This document shows, one piece after another, positions 19,336 to 27,705 of a stretch of DNA of 64,000 bases. The notes under the pieces were generated by a model that had not been told where the DNA came from, did not search any database, and saw nothing but the letters and a program-made list of their open reading frames with translations. Every line of letters starts with the position of its first letter. Within the stretch, counting starts at the first letter, position 1. This DNA comes from a virus, in IMG/VR virus record IMGVR_UViG_3300036851_000176, positions 32,001 through 96,000 of that record, one strand, 5' to 3'. A program made the translations under genes and the position numbers.

Positions 19336-19690
19336 TCAGCGCCCTCCTCTCTGCGAGTTGCTGTTTCTTGTGGGTCTCCAGCACCTCGACGAGACCCTTA
19401 GCGGCGCGCAACTTCTCGGCGCGCGTTCCATTAGCAAGGGCGTCAACGTATGCCTGAATGACCAGAACCTGAACATCCTCGGCTCCGGTCGCATCGACAA
19501 TCGACTTGATCAGATCGTCAGAAGTCTTCTTGACGGCAATCGATTTCTGAGCGCCGCCGAACTTCGCTCGCTCCTCTCCTGTCTCGGGATCCACCACTTT
19601 CTCGCGGTGCATCGCTTTGGCGCGATCAGAGCGCCGCTTGCGCTCCTCGTCTGACAGGTTGAGTTTCTCGCCTTTGTGTGATCGGCCCAT
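19163..19690 (-). CDS. Probable terminase small subunit
   Basis: Helical protein directly upstream of and overlapping terL. Confidence 0.55.
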   Translation of the reverse strand: MGRSHKGEKLNLSDEERKRRSDRAKAMHREKVVDPETGEERAKFGGAQKSIAVKKTSDDLIKSIVDATGAEDVQVLVIQAYVDALANGTRAEKLRAAKGLVEVLETHKKQQLAERRALNDQQRTDLLAGVLRDLGLGSSEGGEILDGEFSVIDNGSAGRLPAGLPELEVGERAAD

Positions 19691-19756
19691 GCACGACCAC
19701 CCTACGCTAAAGATTTCTCTAGCGGCGAATTAAAGTGTCGTCTTCTGACCCAAATC

Positions 19757-19951
19757 CTACTCGGCGGCCAGACCATGATTGCGAGAGGATGCCTCGTCCG
19801 AAATCGCGCTCTGTTCGGATGAATGAGACCCAACTCCGTCTCCGCCGCGCGTCGCTCGACGATGTTTCGTGGGGTTCCCGTCTCCGTCCAGGACGCCTTC
19901 GATCTCTTCGTAAGAGTCTCCGTACGGATCGTTTCCTGTTCCAGTCATCAT
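19757..19951 (-). CDS. Hypothetical protein
   Basis: AAAGGAGG RBS upstream. Confidence 0.55.
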   Translation of the reverse strand: MMTGTGNDPYGDSYEEIEGVLDGDGNPTKHRRATRGGDGVGSHSSEQSAISDEASSRNHGLAAE

Positions 19952-19976
19952 TTGCCTCCTTTCGACTCGTAAGAGT

Positions 19977-20342
19977 CTACCTGCTCAGATAGGCGAGCAC
20001 TGCTCGCGCCTCATCGATAGTGATTCCGCCGAGTAGGCGCTTGTTGTGTCGGAAGCAGAGGAGACCGCGCGCCTTGCCTGTTTTGTGGTCGTGATCGCGA
20101 TGGAATCTGCCATTCTCATTTGGCTTGCAATCGATTCCAAGATAGCGGCCGATCCAGCAGAAGTTTCCGCCATTGACTTCGACGAAGAATTCATATGGCT
20201 CAGATAGAACCGCGCGGTGTGCGGGCGGAGCTGATTTCTTCGGCTGCAAGCGCCCGCACACCACTCCATCGACAACAGCATCGCAACGCTTCTTGTTGCG
20301 CGTCGGATGCTTCGTCTTACATTTGGTGCATGTCCACGGCAC
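19977..20342 (-). CDS. Endonuclease VII-like protein
   Basis: CTKC zinc site; HRDHDHKTGKARGLLCFRHN; GTG start inferred. Confidence 0.8.
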   Translation of the reverse strand: MPWTCTKCKTKHPTRNKKRCDAVVDGVVCGRLQPKKSAPPAHRAVLSEPYEFFVEVNGGNFCWIGRYLGIDCKPNENGRFHRDHDHKTGKARGLLCFRHNKRLLGGITIDEARAVLAYLSR

Positions 20343-20344
20343 TC

Positions 20345-20605
20345 CTAAAGAGTACCGTTTCGCCTCCGAGCCAGAGTCTTGCGGCGCTTTCGCGCGCGAC
20401 GGGTATCGAGCGCGGCTCCTCCGACCACGTATGTAACGAGGCCGAGCAGGAGTCCGCCGACGATGAATGCGACCGGACCCCAGAATGGCAGTGTTACCCA
20501 CCACCATGACCAGTCGATCACGCCGACGAGTTTGAGGACCACGAACGCCACTCCGAGAAGACTGAGCGTGCTCGGTCCACCGCGAGATTGAACAGTGTCG
20601 GCCAT
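20345..20605 (-). CDS. Conserved phage membrane protein
   Basis: LGVAFVVLKLVGVIDWSWWWVTLPFW motif. Confidence 0.85.
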   Translation of the reverse strand: MADTVQSRGGPSTLSLLGVAFVVLKLVGVIDWSWWWVTLPFWGPVAFIVGGLLLGLVTYVVGGAALDTRRARKRRKTLARRRNGTL

Positions 20606-20736
20606 CAGAGTGCCCTCGAACTTCCACCAGTGAGGTCGAGAACGAGAACTACGATGAGCGACACCAGCCATGCGTTCCACTGGTGCAACGGCGGGGTGCC
20701 GCTAACCAGCCAAACGATGAGCCAGATGATTGTCAT
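20605..20736 (-). CDS. Small membrane protein (43 aa)
   Basis: Hand translation MTIIWLIVWLVSGTPPLHQWNAWLVSLIVVLVLD...; overlaps both neighbours. Confidence 0.6.
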   Translation of the reverse strand: MTIIWLIVWLVSGTPPLHQWNAWLVSLIVVLVLDLTGGSSRAL

Positions 20737-21449
20737 GTGTTTCTTACCTTTCCTGATCGCTTGTACTCATCATCCCGAAGTGTTGCTTCTCGGCTGAGTC
20801 TCGACACGTTGCCCTCATAAATTTCCTTGAGGGCCTTGTAGTCGCCGACTTGACGTTCGAGATCGAACACTTCGTCGTCGAGTTTCTTGTACTCCGGGGA
20901 TTCCTTTGCCGCCAGGTCGAGGGCTTCCTTGGTCGGCTTGACCCCGTTCTCGCGCGCCGCGACTTCTTCGGCGAGATACGCCTTGCGATAAGCGCTCTCG
21001 CGTAGTTGACGCGCACGTAGCACTCGATCCATCGTCTGCTTCAGCTGCCAGATCGCTCGGTTGAGACACGCCTGGAACTGACTCGCGAGACGACGAATCT
21101 CCTTGTCGGAGCAGTCCGAGATGTCGAACGGCATCTCCGGCGGATCGCCCTCGATCTGCCGAGGAACTGGCAGATGCTCGGCCTTGATCTCTGCCGGAGC
21201 GGGAGCGTCGTCCTCCGTCGTGGGCACGGCTTCCGGCTCCTCGTCGGTGTAGCCCGCGCCATCGCGTCCGATCGCGACGATCTGCTTGATCGTGTTGTCG
21301 GCGTCCTTCGTCTCCGCAGCCGCCTCAGCGTGCTGGAAGTAGAACTTCGCCTCCTTGATCAGTTCCTCCTCGGCCTCCGGAATCGGGTCGTCGTAATACC
21401 CGCCCTCTTTCGCACATTCGAGGATCGCGAGGGCGGTCTTAGCCTTCAC
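20733..21449 (-). CDS. Hypothetical protein with C-terminal coiled coil
   Basis: Acidic N-half, helical C-half. Confidence 0.75.
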   Translation of the reverse strand: MKAKTALAILECAKEGGYYDDPIPEAEEELIKEAKFYFQHAEAAAETKDADNTIKQIVAIGRDGAGYTDEEPEAVPTTEDDAPAPAEIKAEHLPVPRQIEGDPPEMPFDISDCSDKEIRRLASQFQACLNRAIWQLKQTMDRVLRARQLRESAYRKAYLAEEVAARENGVKPTKEALDLAAKESPEYKKLDDEVFDLERQVGDYKALKEIYEGNVSRLSREATLRDDEYKRSGKVRNT

Positions 21450-21591
21450 GAGCGTCCTCGATCCGAAGCATGCCCTCTTCCGCGATCGAGAGCAGGAGTG
21501 GAGATTCCACGTTCGCCAGTTCTGGCACAGCCGCGTTCAGGTAGCCGACGAGTTGAATGACCTCTCCTTCGGTGAAGATGCGCTCGCTCAT
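21439..21591 (-). CDS. Small hypothetical protein (50 aa)
   Basis: Hand translation MSERIFTEGEVIQLVGYLN...; fills gap with TGATG overlap. Confidence 0.6.
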   Translation of the reverse strand: MSERIFTEGEVIQLVGYLNAAVPELANVESPLLLSIAEEGMLRIEDAREG

Positions 21592-21914
21592 CAGACTTCG
21601 ATGAGGTCGATGAGGTCACGAACTCGGCTGGTCGCCTTTGCGATCAGGCGATTGTTGTCCTCGAACTTCTCGGCGAGCGGGACCTTGATCTCGCGCAAGT
21701 CCTTGTCGCTCTTCTCGCCTGGCTCGGTCTCGATGCTGCGAAGGACGCCACCGAGACGTAGTCGCATTTCGAGAGCGTCGAGGTTGTTGTGCAGCGTCTC
21801 CAGTTCCTCGACCTGACGCAGATATTCGCCGGAGACCTGACCGCGAGGGAACTCGATGTCAGGCTCGGCAGCCTTTTCCTGCTGGTCCACGTACATCTCT
21901 CCTAGGCCCATCAC
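21591..21914 (-). CDS. Hypothetical coiled-coil protein
   Basis: AAGGAG RBS, phage-like codon use. Confidence 0.7.
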   Translation of the reverse strand: MMGLGEMYVDQQEKAAEPDIEFPRGQVSGEYLRQVEELETLHNNLDALEMRLRLGGVLRSIETEPGEKSDKDLREIKVPLAEKFEDNNRLIAKATSRVRDLIDLIEV

Positions 21915-21936
21915 TTACTCCTTCGTTGGTAGGGAC

Positions 21937-22509
21937 TCACAGATTATAGCCTAAAGGTAGGCAAATGTTCTGCTCGGTGGTGCCCTCTTCTGGCATCTCG
22001 TTTGGGAGAGGCCCGCCCTCTCGGATGAAGTCCTCGCCTAGCGCCCAGCCAAGCAGGGTTCCCTCCTTGCCGTAGAAGATGAACAGCCACTTTTCTTTGC
22101 CCGACAGGTCGCAGCGCTTGACGTAGAGGTTGTACCTCTCCGGGTTGCCGATGAACTTGTAGTCGATGTCGTACCCGAACAGATGAGCCTCGGGCTTGCC
22201 GTCCCGCCCCGCTCCGTTCAGACGGGGCCGGGGATCTTGGCCCATGTGATCCAAGGCCGCAGACTCGATCACCCATCCGTGCAGCGCACTCCTCTGCCGA
22301 CCACTGAGAGCCTGCAAGACATCAAATCTAGAGGCTCCATCCTTGTACCGCCGCATCGCCAGGTAGCCAGGGTCGTATCCAAGTCCGCGCGTGCCGGGAT
22401 CGCTCCCGTTCGCAATTGCGACATCGAAGAACTGCTGGTACCCCAGTTTGTGGTGCTTCGTCTCGACGGTGATGTCGGTGAGAAGGGACAGCAACTCTGG
22501 CGGCATCAT
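21937..22509 (-). CDS. Putative PD-(D/E)XK restriction-endonuclease-like protein
   Basis: IESAA...RDGKPE...YDIDYK...LLGWA; start MMPPE overlaps the upstream stop (ATGA). Confidence 0.5.
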   Translation of the reverse strand: MMPPELLSLLTDITVETKHHKLGYQQFFDVAIANGSDPGTRGLGYDPGYLAMRRYKDGASRFDVLQALSGRQRSALHGWVIESAALDHMGQDPRPRLNGAGRDGKPEAHLFGYDIDYKFIGNPERYNLYVKRCDLSGKEKWLFIFYGKEGTLLGWALGEDFIREGGPLPNEMPEEGTTEQNICLPLGYNL

Positions 22510-23492
22510 GACAGCCCGTCCTGGTACGGAGCCTTCTCGCCCTTCTTGCTCTCCCATCGACGCAGGCCCCACCGGTCGTACCAGCCCTGGATCGTTTCTG
22601 GCCGTTGATCGGGAGGGATCGCGTCGTGGTAGTAGATGCCACGAGCCTCTCCGGTGTCCAGCGGCTCTGCCTCGTCGGGGTACACAGTGAACAGGAACTT
22701 GACGAGGCGCAACTTGGCCGACGATCCGTCGCCCCCGGTGCAAGTGCATTTCTGATCCGGATCCGGAACGATTTCGGGGACCGGCTCTCCCTCGAACCAG
22801 GCGTGCTTCAAACACGGCGTCGTGTACTTCCCTTTCGGACGCCAGCGGTTGCTGGGCAATGTCTTGGTCTCGATGTCGCCGTACCGGGCGAGCGGATGTC
22901 CGATACCCACATCGGCCTTCGTGAATCCGTCAGCGATAGCTCGAGCCTTGAGCCGCTCGAACTTTCCTGGAGTGATACCAGTGTGCGTGTGCCCGCCCTT
23001 GTCGGTGACGCCCAGGTACTCGTAGATCCGGTTGTACTGACTGCCCTTGCCCCACAGGGACGTGGTGATGATGCCGCGAAGGTCGTGCCCATAACGCCCC
23101 TCGAACACGTCTCCGAGCGTGGGTGCAATCAGCGCGAGCATCTTGCCCAGGTTCCAGTACCAGGAGACCGGCTGCGCGCCGACAAGGACGCTCGCGTTGG
23201 CGTAGTGATAGGACAACTCCTGGCTTGAAATTCCGCCCAGGCGAGCCGTGATCGGCTTCATCGCCAACGGCGACGACAGATGAATGAGTCCGAGCAGGTG
23301 CTCGTCCTGAGTCACGAGGAACGACAACTTCCGGAACGATGGCGCCCAGGGAGCCTTGCTCATCTTCGGCTGCAAGACTTTCATCACGGTCGTGCTTGTC
23401 GTGAGTACCTGCACGCGCTCAGGGATGATCTCCATCGCCGGAGTCTTGACCGGGAACTGGTCTGAGTCGGTTACATCGTACTCGTAAGACAT
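22506..23492 (-). CDS. DUF4338 / DruA-like protein
   Basis: RKLSFLV...LLGLI.LSSP...GAQP..WNLGKMLAL...YG..L.GIITTSLWGKGSQYNR..YLG.T. Confidence 0.75.
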   Translation of the reverse strand: MSYEYDVTDSDQFPVKTPAMEIIPERVQVLTTSTTVMKVLQPKMSKAPWAPSFRKLSFLVTQDEHLLGLIHLSSPLAMKPITARLGGISSQELSYHYANASVLVGAQPVSWYWNLGKMLALIAPTLGDVFEGRYGHDLRGIITTSLWGKGSQYNRIYEYLGVTDKGGHTHTGITPGKFERLKARAIADGFTKADVGIGHPLARYGDIETKTLPSNRWRPKGKYTTPCLKHAWFEGEPVPEIVPDPDQKCTCTGGDGSSAKLRLVKFLFTVYPDEAEPLDTGEARGIYYHDAIPPDQRPETIQGWYDRWGLRRWESKKGEKAPYQDGLS

Positions 23493-23511
23493 GGGGACTA
23501 CCTCATTCTAC

Positions 23512-23540
23512 AGGAAAGGCCCGCAAAGCGGGCCTCTCCC
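23512..23540 (-). terminator. Hairpin / probable intrinsic terminator
   Basis: AGGCCCGC-ttt-GCGGGCCT followed by TTCCTGT on the - strand. Confidence 0.55.
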
Positions 23541-23561
23541 TGGGTCGATCAGGTTCCCTCT

Positions 23562-24497
23562 TTAGGCGGCGCGGGCGCGCTGGGCCTTCTGCGTGATGCT
23601 CTTCTGCTGTGTGATGCTCTGATGGTTCTTGACCATCCCGCTACCGCTGAGAAGGTTGTCGATGAGCGCCTGCTTCTCCGGGGTGCGCTGCTTCTCCGAG
23701 AGACGCTTCCAGATCTCGTCGATCAGAAGTCCAGTGAACTCATCGCGCCGACCACCAGCCTGCTTCTCGCGCCATGCGTAATGACGCTCTTTCCTCTTGC
23801 CACGAAGGGCCAGTTTGTTCCCTGCGCGATCACGGTTCGGGGGATCCACCAGTTCGGCGAGTTCGCGAGCGATGGACTCGTCTCCGAACGTGTCATCGAG
23901 CAGTTCGCGGTAGATACCCATGATCTTCGCCTTCGGGGCGAGACCGTTCTGGACGAGCCAGATGAGAGCGCCGGTGCTTCCGGCCTGCGGGATTTTGAAC
24001 TCCTTGTTGAGTTCGGAGGCGACTGAGTAGATCGAGAGATCCGTGAAGATCGGATCGCTCAGAACCAGTTGCTCCCGCTCATAGGCGGAAAGAGCATCGC
24101 CATACGGCAGGCCGTTCAGTTGGTTGACGTAGTTCGCCGCGCCGGTGATGGCCGTGAACTGCTGGCTATGTCCCGCCAACCTCGTCATCTCTGCCCCTGT
24201 GCGAGCGCGACCCGTGTCCTGGAAGATGAACGTCTCGGGATCGACGTTCTCCTGGACATAGGTCTTGAGGGGCACCGCACACCGAGAAACGGCGATCAAG
24301 CGATGCCGACCGTTGTAGACCGCTCCATCGGGACCGAGGCGGATCGGGTCAGCGACTTCCCAACGCCAGAAACCGCCTTCGAGGGCGCGAATGTGCTTCT
24401 GCACCGCAACCTCCGAGATTCTCCGGGAGAACCCCGTCGCGGTGGGGATGGCAAGCGCCTCGTCGGCGAGACGCTTGGTGTAGGTACGAATCTTCAT
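23562..24497 (-). CDS. ParB/Srx-like N-terminal domain protein
   Basis: DPIRLGPDGAVYNGRHRL.AV, DTGRART; AGGAGG RBS before MKIRTY. Confidence 0.75.
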   Translation of the reverse strand: MKIRTYTKRLADEALAIPTATGFSRRISEVAVQKHIRALEGGFWRWEVADPIRLGPDGAVYNGRHRLIAVSRCAVPLKTYVQENVDPETFIFQDTGRARTGAEMTRLAGHSQQFTAITGAANYVNQLNGLPYGDALSAYEREQLVLSDPIFTDLSIYSVASELNKEFKIPQAGSTGALIWLVQNGLAPKAKIMGIYRELLDDTFGDESIARELAELVDPPNRDRAGNKLALRGKRKERHYAWREKQAGGRRDEFTGLLIDEIWKRLSEKQRTPEKQALIDNLLSGSGMVKNHQSITQQKSITQKAQRARAA

Positions 24498-24536
24498 TCT
24501 TCCTCCTGAGGGGATGGATTCCTGCTTCACGATCTC

Positions 24537-24564
24537 AACTTAGCAGAAAGGCCCGGAAAGTCAA
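24537..24564 (-). promoter_or_regulatory. Putative sigma70/SigA promoter
   Basis: TTGACT-16-TAAGTT with TGc extended -10. Confidence 0.45.
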
Positions 24565-25580
24565 CCCTCTTCTTTCCACCGCTCGATCACCTTCTGCCGG
24601 ATGGCTTCGGGGTCATAATCTGGATCCTGCCTCTGGGCGATCTTGATGGTCGTGGACTCGAACAGATCGGTCACCCCATCCTTGTTGTCCTGCTTGCAGC
24701 GCTTCTTGAAATCACAAAATTTGCAGGGATTTTCTGTCCACCGCCAATCCTTCGGGCGCTGCGGAAGTTGGTTCTTGAGGAAGGAGTCCCGCCACTCTTC
24801 GAGGAGAGCCAGCGCTCCGGCTACCTCTTCCTCGACGTAGGGAACCCAGATCGCCACGGCGTTCGATGGGTTGTCGCGCGAGACGTAGTAAACGAAGCCA
24901 CCCTGACTCCGCTCCAATCCCATTTTGTCCCAGCCCATCTCCTCGTGCCGGAGTCGGCAGACATGGATGTAGCCGATGACCTGAGCCTTGTGCTTCGGGT
25001 CGGCTACCTGATTGCGCTTGATCGAGTTGAGCACATCCTCCTTCTTCGACTTGATGTCTACCGGGACAACAAAGTTGACCTCAGGTCGAAGGTCTAGCAC
25101 GTCATCGATCGCAGACGAGTACCAGTAGCGTGGATCCTGGAGTCGGAGTTGCTGTGAGTGATCAACCGGACAGCCGATGCCGCCCTTGAGACACACGACC
25201 GGCTGCTTCGTCTCGGGATCGATCTCTTGCTTCTCGGTATGACAGATCTGCACGAGCGAGATCCCCAACTTGTCCCACAAGGCCGTGATCTGTGCTTCAA
25301 CATCGGATCCAGCCCTCGATGTGGCGAGCAGATGCGGACTTGGCTTCTCGTCGAGAGTCTTCGGGAGGTTCAGCAGCCCGTAGAGAGCCTTGCGACCACA
25401 GTGCTTCTCGTCGATACCGGCCGGAAACATGCCGCCCCAGAACGATGTTCTGAAACGTCCGTTCTCCATCTCGTGATCGCCACGCATCTGCCAAGCCTTG
25501 ATCGTCAACTTGTGCAGGCTCGGAGCGTCCGGGTGATCGATGATCCCCAGACGAGCGAAGAGTTCCTTGCGGGATACCAC
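24561..25580 (-). CDS. Cas4-like PD-(D/E)XK exonuclease
   Basis: HCGRK.LY, IDDVLD, VDIKS, QV.GY, C-terminal CKFCDFKKRC. Confidence 0.85.
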   Translation of the reverse strand: MVSRKELFARLGIIDHPDAPSLHKLTIKAWQMRGDHEMENGRFRTSFWGGMFPAGIDEKHCGRKALYGLLNLPKTLDEKPSPHLLATSRAGSDVEAQITALWDKLGISLVQICHTEKQEIDPETKQPVVCLKGGIGCPVDHSQQLRLQDPRYWYSSAIDDVLDLRPEVNFVVPVDIKSKKEDVLNSIKRNQVADPKHKAQVIGYIHVCRLRHEEMGWDKMGLERSQGGFVYYVSRDNPSNAVAIWVPYVEEEVAGALALLEEWRDSFLKNQLPQRPKDWRWTENPCKFCDFKKRCKQDNKDGVTDLFESTTIKIAQRQDPDYDPEAIRQKVIERWKEEG

Positions 25581-26074
25581 TAGTTGTCGTCGGGAGAACC
25601 CGGACCTGGACCTTCATCCTGCGGAGGAGGAACAGTGAAGATGTCTGACACATCATGAAGTTCTACTGGCGGTCCTTGCTCAGCCTCGCGAGCCTTCCGT
25701 TCAGAGCGAGCGGCTTGGGCCTGCAATCGAAGTTCTTGTTCGATGTTCTTGACCAGTTCACACGAATCTGCATATCCGGTCATGAGAGTGGACAGCATGG
25801 CAATGACCTGAGGGCGCGTTAGTCCGCTACCGCTGGCGGCAGCTGTGTCCAAACCAGCGAGAAAGTGCTCGATCATCGTGGCCGACATCGCCTGAAGGCC
25901 AAGAGGGAGATGATTCGTGTACATACGCTCCTGGGGACTGATCGGGTCATCCTGCGCATATTGCGACTCGTCTTCCTCCGAAGGCTCTCCTTCCTCCCAA
26001 TCACAGGTACAACCTTCTCCGTGTGGGCCGAATGGTCTCTTGCTTCCTCCGCCAGCGTCCATCTCGTCATTCAT
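25580..26074 (-). CDS. Hypothetical protein
   Basis: Start MNDEMD with GGAGG RBS, overlapping resolvase stop. Confidence 0.7.
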   Translation of the reverse strand: MNDEMDAGGGSKRPFGPHGEGCTCDWEEGEPSEEDESQYAQDDPISPQERMYTNHLPLGLQAMSATMIEHFLAGLDTAAASGSGLTRPQVIAMLSTLMTGYADSCELVKNIEQELRLQAQAARSERKAREAEQGPPVELHDVSDIFTVPPPQDEGPGPGSPDDN

Positions 26075-26480
26075 CTTCGTCCACCTCCCTGAGCAGTTCG
26101 GGGATCGCGGCGCGCGCCATGCGCTCCTGCGACTTGCTGTTCGGAACCGTGAGTTCGAGATCTCCGGCAACGAGCCGGAAAAACTCGTCCTTGCGCATCA
26201 TGACGAGATCCAATTCCTCTTCGCTCTCGGCGAAGAACCGAACCGCCATCAGAGCGAGCCTACCATCTCCGCCAGGGCCGAGGGTCGCCATGATCGCTTC
26301 TCGGAAATCCTCACCACTGATCTGAGCCGAGCGCGTGGCCTTGAGGCTCCAGAGGGTTCCGCGACCGCGAACGTCAAGTTTGCTGTGCCATTGATTCCCT
26401 GACCCCTGAACGCGCGAGAGATCCATTTCTTGAGCGAAGTCCTCTTCGAACTTGCGGCCGATATTGACTACGTCGCTCAC
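26067..26480 (-). CDS. Holliday junction resolvase (PD-(D/E)XK-type)
   Basis: GRKFEED.A...RVQGSGN...KLDV...SLK; adjacent to recA. Confidence 0.7.
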   Translation of the reverse strand: MSDVVNIGRKFEEDFAQEMDLSRVQGSGNQWHSKLDVRGRGTLWSLKATRSAQISGEDFREAIMATLGPGGDGRLALMAVRFFAESEEELDLVMMRKDEFFRLVAGDLELTVPNSKSQERMARAAIPELLREVDEDE

Positions 26481-26683
26481 ACCGGCTCGATCTTCACCTG
26501 GAGAGTGCTCGGGTCAGCCCAATCGATGGCTTCGCCGAGGTATCCCTCTTCGATGCTCTTCTGGTCGATCGCGGCCATCTGGGCGGGCGTCACGTCATCA
26601 TCCGGTGCGTCCCGATAGTTCTCCGGGATAGCGTCATACTCGCCGATGACGGTGATTCGTAGGCGAACCGTATCGTCACTCAT
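26477..26683 (-). CDS. Hypothetical protein
   Basis: Start MSDDTV with AGGAGG RBS, ATGA overlap. Confidence 0.7.
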   Translation of the reverse strand: MSDDTVRLRITVIGEYDAIPENYRDAPDDDVTPAQMAAIDQKSIEEGYLGEAIDWADPSTLQVKIEPV

Positions 26684-27705
26684 GCTGCCTCCTTGAACAT
26701 CTCGGCCTTGATCTTGTCCTGGAGTTTCTTGTCGCCCTCGATCAGTTCGCGGACTCCGTTTTTGCCCTGAACCTTCTGATCCCCGTACACATACCAGGAA
26801 GAGCCCTTGCCGGTTGGTTCGACGATCTTGTGGTAGATCGCGCCCTTCATAAGCGACCACAGTTCGTCGTATTGACCGGTGGCATAGTCGAGGCGGAGCC
26901 GCGCGGTTGCATTTTCCTTGCCGAACCCTCCGCTCTTGGCGACGCGAATCGCGTACTCGATCCCATCTGGCTCTTTGTCGCCAGTCAGGGATTCGCCTGC
27001 CTTCGTGTCGGGGTCGAGCACCCCGTCAGCGGTGTAGTACAGCCAGTGGGACTTGCGGAACGCCAGCGACAGACGAGAGATGTACTCGATGGCTGCGCCG
27101 CCTGTGGGATTCTCGCTCCCCCCGTACCCGAACGCGCTGCGGGTCTGGTTGATCATGATGATCGTGTTCTCGGTGTCATCGAAACGCTCGTTGACGCGCC
27201 GAATCGTCTTTCCCCACACGCGGGCACTGATGCCGGGACGCCACTCGTTCGCCTTCATGGAAAGTTCCTCCTCGGCCACGCCGAACGCGATCGAGTCAAT
27301 GACGTGGACGTGGGCTGAGGACAGGAGAGTTTCGAGCTTCGCTCCGACATGCTCGATCACCGTGCCCTCGACGACCTCCAGTTTGTTCGTGTCGATGCCA
27401 TGCTTCTTACACCACGCCTCCGAGAACTGCTTCTCGATGTTGTAGTACGCGCAAGTGAGTCCCATCGCCTGAGCATTGGCAATCACGTTATAGGCCGTCA
27501 GCGTCTTGCCACTGGCCTTCGGCCCGAAGAAGTGGCACCAGCGTCCGAGCGGTACTCCGCCGCCAATCGCGTAGTCCAGTTCCATGCTTCCGGTCGGAAT
27601 ACGCCGCAGCGCTGGCTTGTCTGAACCCTTGACGACGGCCTTCTCCCCGTACAACTTCCTGATGATCGACAGATGCTTGTCGAGATTGCTTGGATCCACA
27701 GGCAT
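26680..27705 (-). CDS. recA: RecA-like recombinase
   Basis: IPTGS.ELD.AIGGGVPLGR, GPKASGKT, VIDS, INQTR, PTGG.A. Confidence 0.95.
   Translation of the reverse strand: MPVDPSNLDKHLSIIRKLYGEKAVVKGSDKPALRRIPTGSMELDYAIGGGVPLGRWCHFFGPKASGKTLTAYNVIANAQAMGLTCAYYNIEKQFSEAWCKKHGIDTNKLEVVEGTVIEHVGAKLETLLSSAHVHVIDSIAFGVAEEELSMKANEWRPGISARVWGKTIRRVNERFDDTENTIIMINQTRSAFGYGGSENPTGGAAIEYISRLSLAFRKSHWLYYTADGVLDPDTKAGESLTGDKEPDGIEYAIRVAKSGGFGKENATARLRLDYATGQYDELWSLMKGAIYHKIVEPTGKGSSWYVYGDQKVQGKNGVRELIEGDKKLQDKIKAEMFKEAA

Noticed and set aside
19757-19951. Pup-like tag to partner the proteasome-like protease
   Set aside because: No C-terminal GGE/GGQ in this or the other small acidic ORFs, and no PafA/Dop ligase
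22506-23492. Complete Druantia defence system
   Set aside because: Only a DruA-like gene; no DruE-type large helicase or other dru genes nearby
24561-25580. Cas4-like gene as part of a CRISPR-Cas system
   Set aside because: Solo Cas4-like exonucleases are common in phage recombination modules; no array or other cas genes
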